Shown here: one piece after another, positions 61,925 to 64,000 of the stretch | Layout: each line of letters starts with the position of its first letter | Position numbering within the stretch: the first letter of the stretch is position 1 | NCBI RefSeq assembly: GCF_018350175.1 | Contig: NC_058368.1 | Coordinates: 115,818,001 to 115,882,000 of the forward strand | From: Felis catus | Taxonomy: Eukaryota | Direction: 5' to 3' | DNA length: 64,000 bases | Made by a program: the position numbers and the translations under genes | The notes under the pieces: model-generated | What the model saw: only the letters and a program-made list of their open reading frames with translations | Database searches by the model: none | What the model was told of the DNA's origin: nothing

Positions 61925-62160
61925 GACAGCATGGCATAAGGGCGTGTAATTTGCAGTCACATAGACAGGGTTTAGAATTCTGGCTCTGCCTCTTCCTGGC
62001 CGTGTCACCTTGGGCAAGAGATTTAACCTTTCTGGGCCACGCTTTCCTCACGTGTAAAACAAAGATAATAATAGCTACCTTGCAAGGTGGTTGTGGGGAT
62101 TAACTAATGTATTTAAAGCACCTAGCTCGGCGTCTGATACGCATTTGGCACCCACTACAT
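61925..62160 (+). mobile_element. MIR
   Basis: ggctctgcctcttcctggccgtgtcaccttgggcaagagatttaacctttctgggcc...gtaaaacaaagataataatag. Confidence 0.85.
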
Positions 62161-62708
62161 GCCCGTTTCCTTTCCCTTTCCGGATCTGCCTGCCCAGTCT
62201 CTGCCAACACCAGTGGGCAAACAAACTTGGCAGATGACCTCTCAATTATCTGAGGATCCAGGGCGCTCGGTGTCTGTATCTTTTGTCCTTTAAGCTGCAC
62301 AAGCTGTGGACTACAAAAGGGAGGCAAGAGGGAAATGAGACAAGGGTGGGAGAAGGTAGGTGAGCAGCCGAGGGCACAGAGGGTAGCCTCAGCAGGAGAC
62401 AGGAGGGCTTGTGTGGCTTAGGGCCAGGAGTGCCTCAAAATAAGTGCACCAGGAACTTGTTGAGAACAGCTGGCCCCGGAGCGGGTAGAGGGTAGGCTCC
62501 AGATTCAGAGCCTGGTTTCAAGCAGGTCCTTCCCACTAGCCTGTCTGGGCTGGAAGCAGGGAACCTGATATTTGCATACCTCCACAGATGTGTCCCAACA
62601 GCCTGCCTGCCCTACCACGGTGCAGGAGGAATAATTGCACCAAGGCCAAGCTCCCCTTGGAGAGCCAGATGACCTCAGTCCTTCTGTGCTCCAAACACAA
62701 GGGGATGG

Positions 62709-62755
62709 GTGTGTGTGTGTGTGTGTGTGTGTGCATGTGTGTGTGCGCGCGCGCA
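62709..62755. repeat. (GT)n-(GC)n alternating purine-pyrimidine tract
   Basis: 47 bp of uninterrupted RY alternation. Confidence 0.92.
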
Positions 62756-64000
62756 GTTCCAGCCCCTAGCAGAGGAGGCTGCAGGCCTGGGTTCAGAGGG
62801 ATGCAACATCTGGCCAGCTGTGAGCCTGAGCCAGATGTGCGCCGACCAGATGTAGGGCAAGCTCCCCTGGGTGGGGGGCTGCACAGGAGGGAGTCGCAAC
62901 CTCATTGTGCGGCCTAATCCTGAACATATTACTCTGGAATATGTGCACCATCAACAGCATCGCCATAAAAAAAAGGCCCCAGTAAGAGAAAAGAAGAAAG
63001 AGCAAAGCTCTTGAGAGGTGTCAGCAGGCCTCTGACACAGTTTCTGGGGTAGGGGGGAGCTGGGGAGAGAGTCTGGGCTAGCTAGCACTTAACCTTGGGC
63101 CCTAGCAGTGCATGTGCTTGTGAGGACTGGCGCGGGGGAGTTGGGGGGCGGGCGGCTGAGCTGGGAGGTGTGTCTTCCACCCTGTAGAGAGAGCTACCGA
63201 AAGCTCAAAGCAAGCTCAAAGTGATGGACACAGCCAAAGAGAGGTTTTGTGACTGAGATTTAAGGGTTAATGGATCTGGGGGAAGGGGGCGTCTGAGTCT
63301 GGGAGAGCTAGGAGTGAGCCAGAGAACAACTCTGGGCCTCCTTCCTCAGCCTTCCTGAAACTAGGTATTCTGGATGCTTCCAGCAGGGAAAACACTGGAA
63401 TGTCTGTGTACTCATTCCCTCTCCACTGTCCCACTCTCATCTGCCCTCTATTCCCTTCCCTTCCCCCCACTTCCCAACCTGAGAGAACCTTCCAGACAAG
63501 ACACAAAGACGCAAAGCCAGGGTATCAGGGCTGGGCCACCTTCCCATCTGGGGGCATTGGGCCTAGGCTTGTTTTGGAGCACTGACAAGATGGGGTGGTC
63601 ACAGCAGACTTCCTGGAGGAGGAGTCTTTAAAAGATAAGAGGGATTTGGCTAGACGATGAGGACAAGACACGTCCTGTTCAGCTGAGGAGGTCCCAGGCC
63701 CCAGGCCCCAGGCCCCTGAGAAGCCGAGGTAGACAGGGAAAAACGGAGAAAGCAAGGATGTAAGAGAAAAATCGCGTGAGAACCAGAAGGACCTCAGAGC
63801 CCATGTGGCCCAAGCCCTTCATCTGACAACAGGAAGAAAGAGCAGAAAGAGGCAGACAGCAGGAGGAAGTTGTGAAAGGGATCCCCAACTATGGGCACCA
63901 CACCCTACCCCCAGGCAGCATCTCTGCCCCAGAACCCCAAAGAGAGCCTGAAAGAATGGGCCAACGTTGAGGGCAGGCAGGCGGCTGACTTGGGAGAGGG

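Noticed and set aside
62793..63005. Minus-strand ORF with hydrophobic N-terminus as a possible further NRG2 first exon
   Set aside because: Starts at TTG, hydrophobicity derives from a T-rich tract, and I found no convincing phase-1 donor.
1..64000. CRISPR arrays, operons or another prokaryote-style system
   Set aside because: Sequence is mammalian intron; recurring short direct repeats are retrotransposon target-site duplications.

Overview
Mammalian, non-microbial DNA. The young SINEC_Fc-type CAN-SINEs point to a felid (cat-family) genome. The window lies inside neuregulin-2 (NRG2), transcribed on the minus strand. Only two coding segments are supportable. One is the 172-bp Ig-domain exon (3407-3578). 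The other is a short alternative first coding exon (22901-22991, MSESRRRGRGRGKKHREGRKREREPEPGEK), absent from the ORF track, in a CpG island with a TATA-like box and splicing in frame to the Ig exon across a 19.3-kb intron. The rest is intronic: about 22 CAN-SINEs (several nested), L1, L2 and MIR fragments, small MER DNA transposons, a near full-length fossil Cheshire-like hAT transposon, simple repeats and a few AT-rich candidate enhancers. Nearly all other listed ORFs are spurious or repeat-derived. I see no evidence of a new multi-gene biological system. The most notable observations are the internal promoter/exon, competing splice donors behind it, and a ~360-bp local duplication embedded with the transposon inside an L2. 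Repeat subfamily names are from recalled consensus sequences, not a database search.
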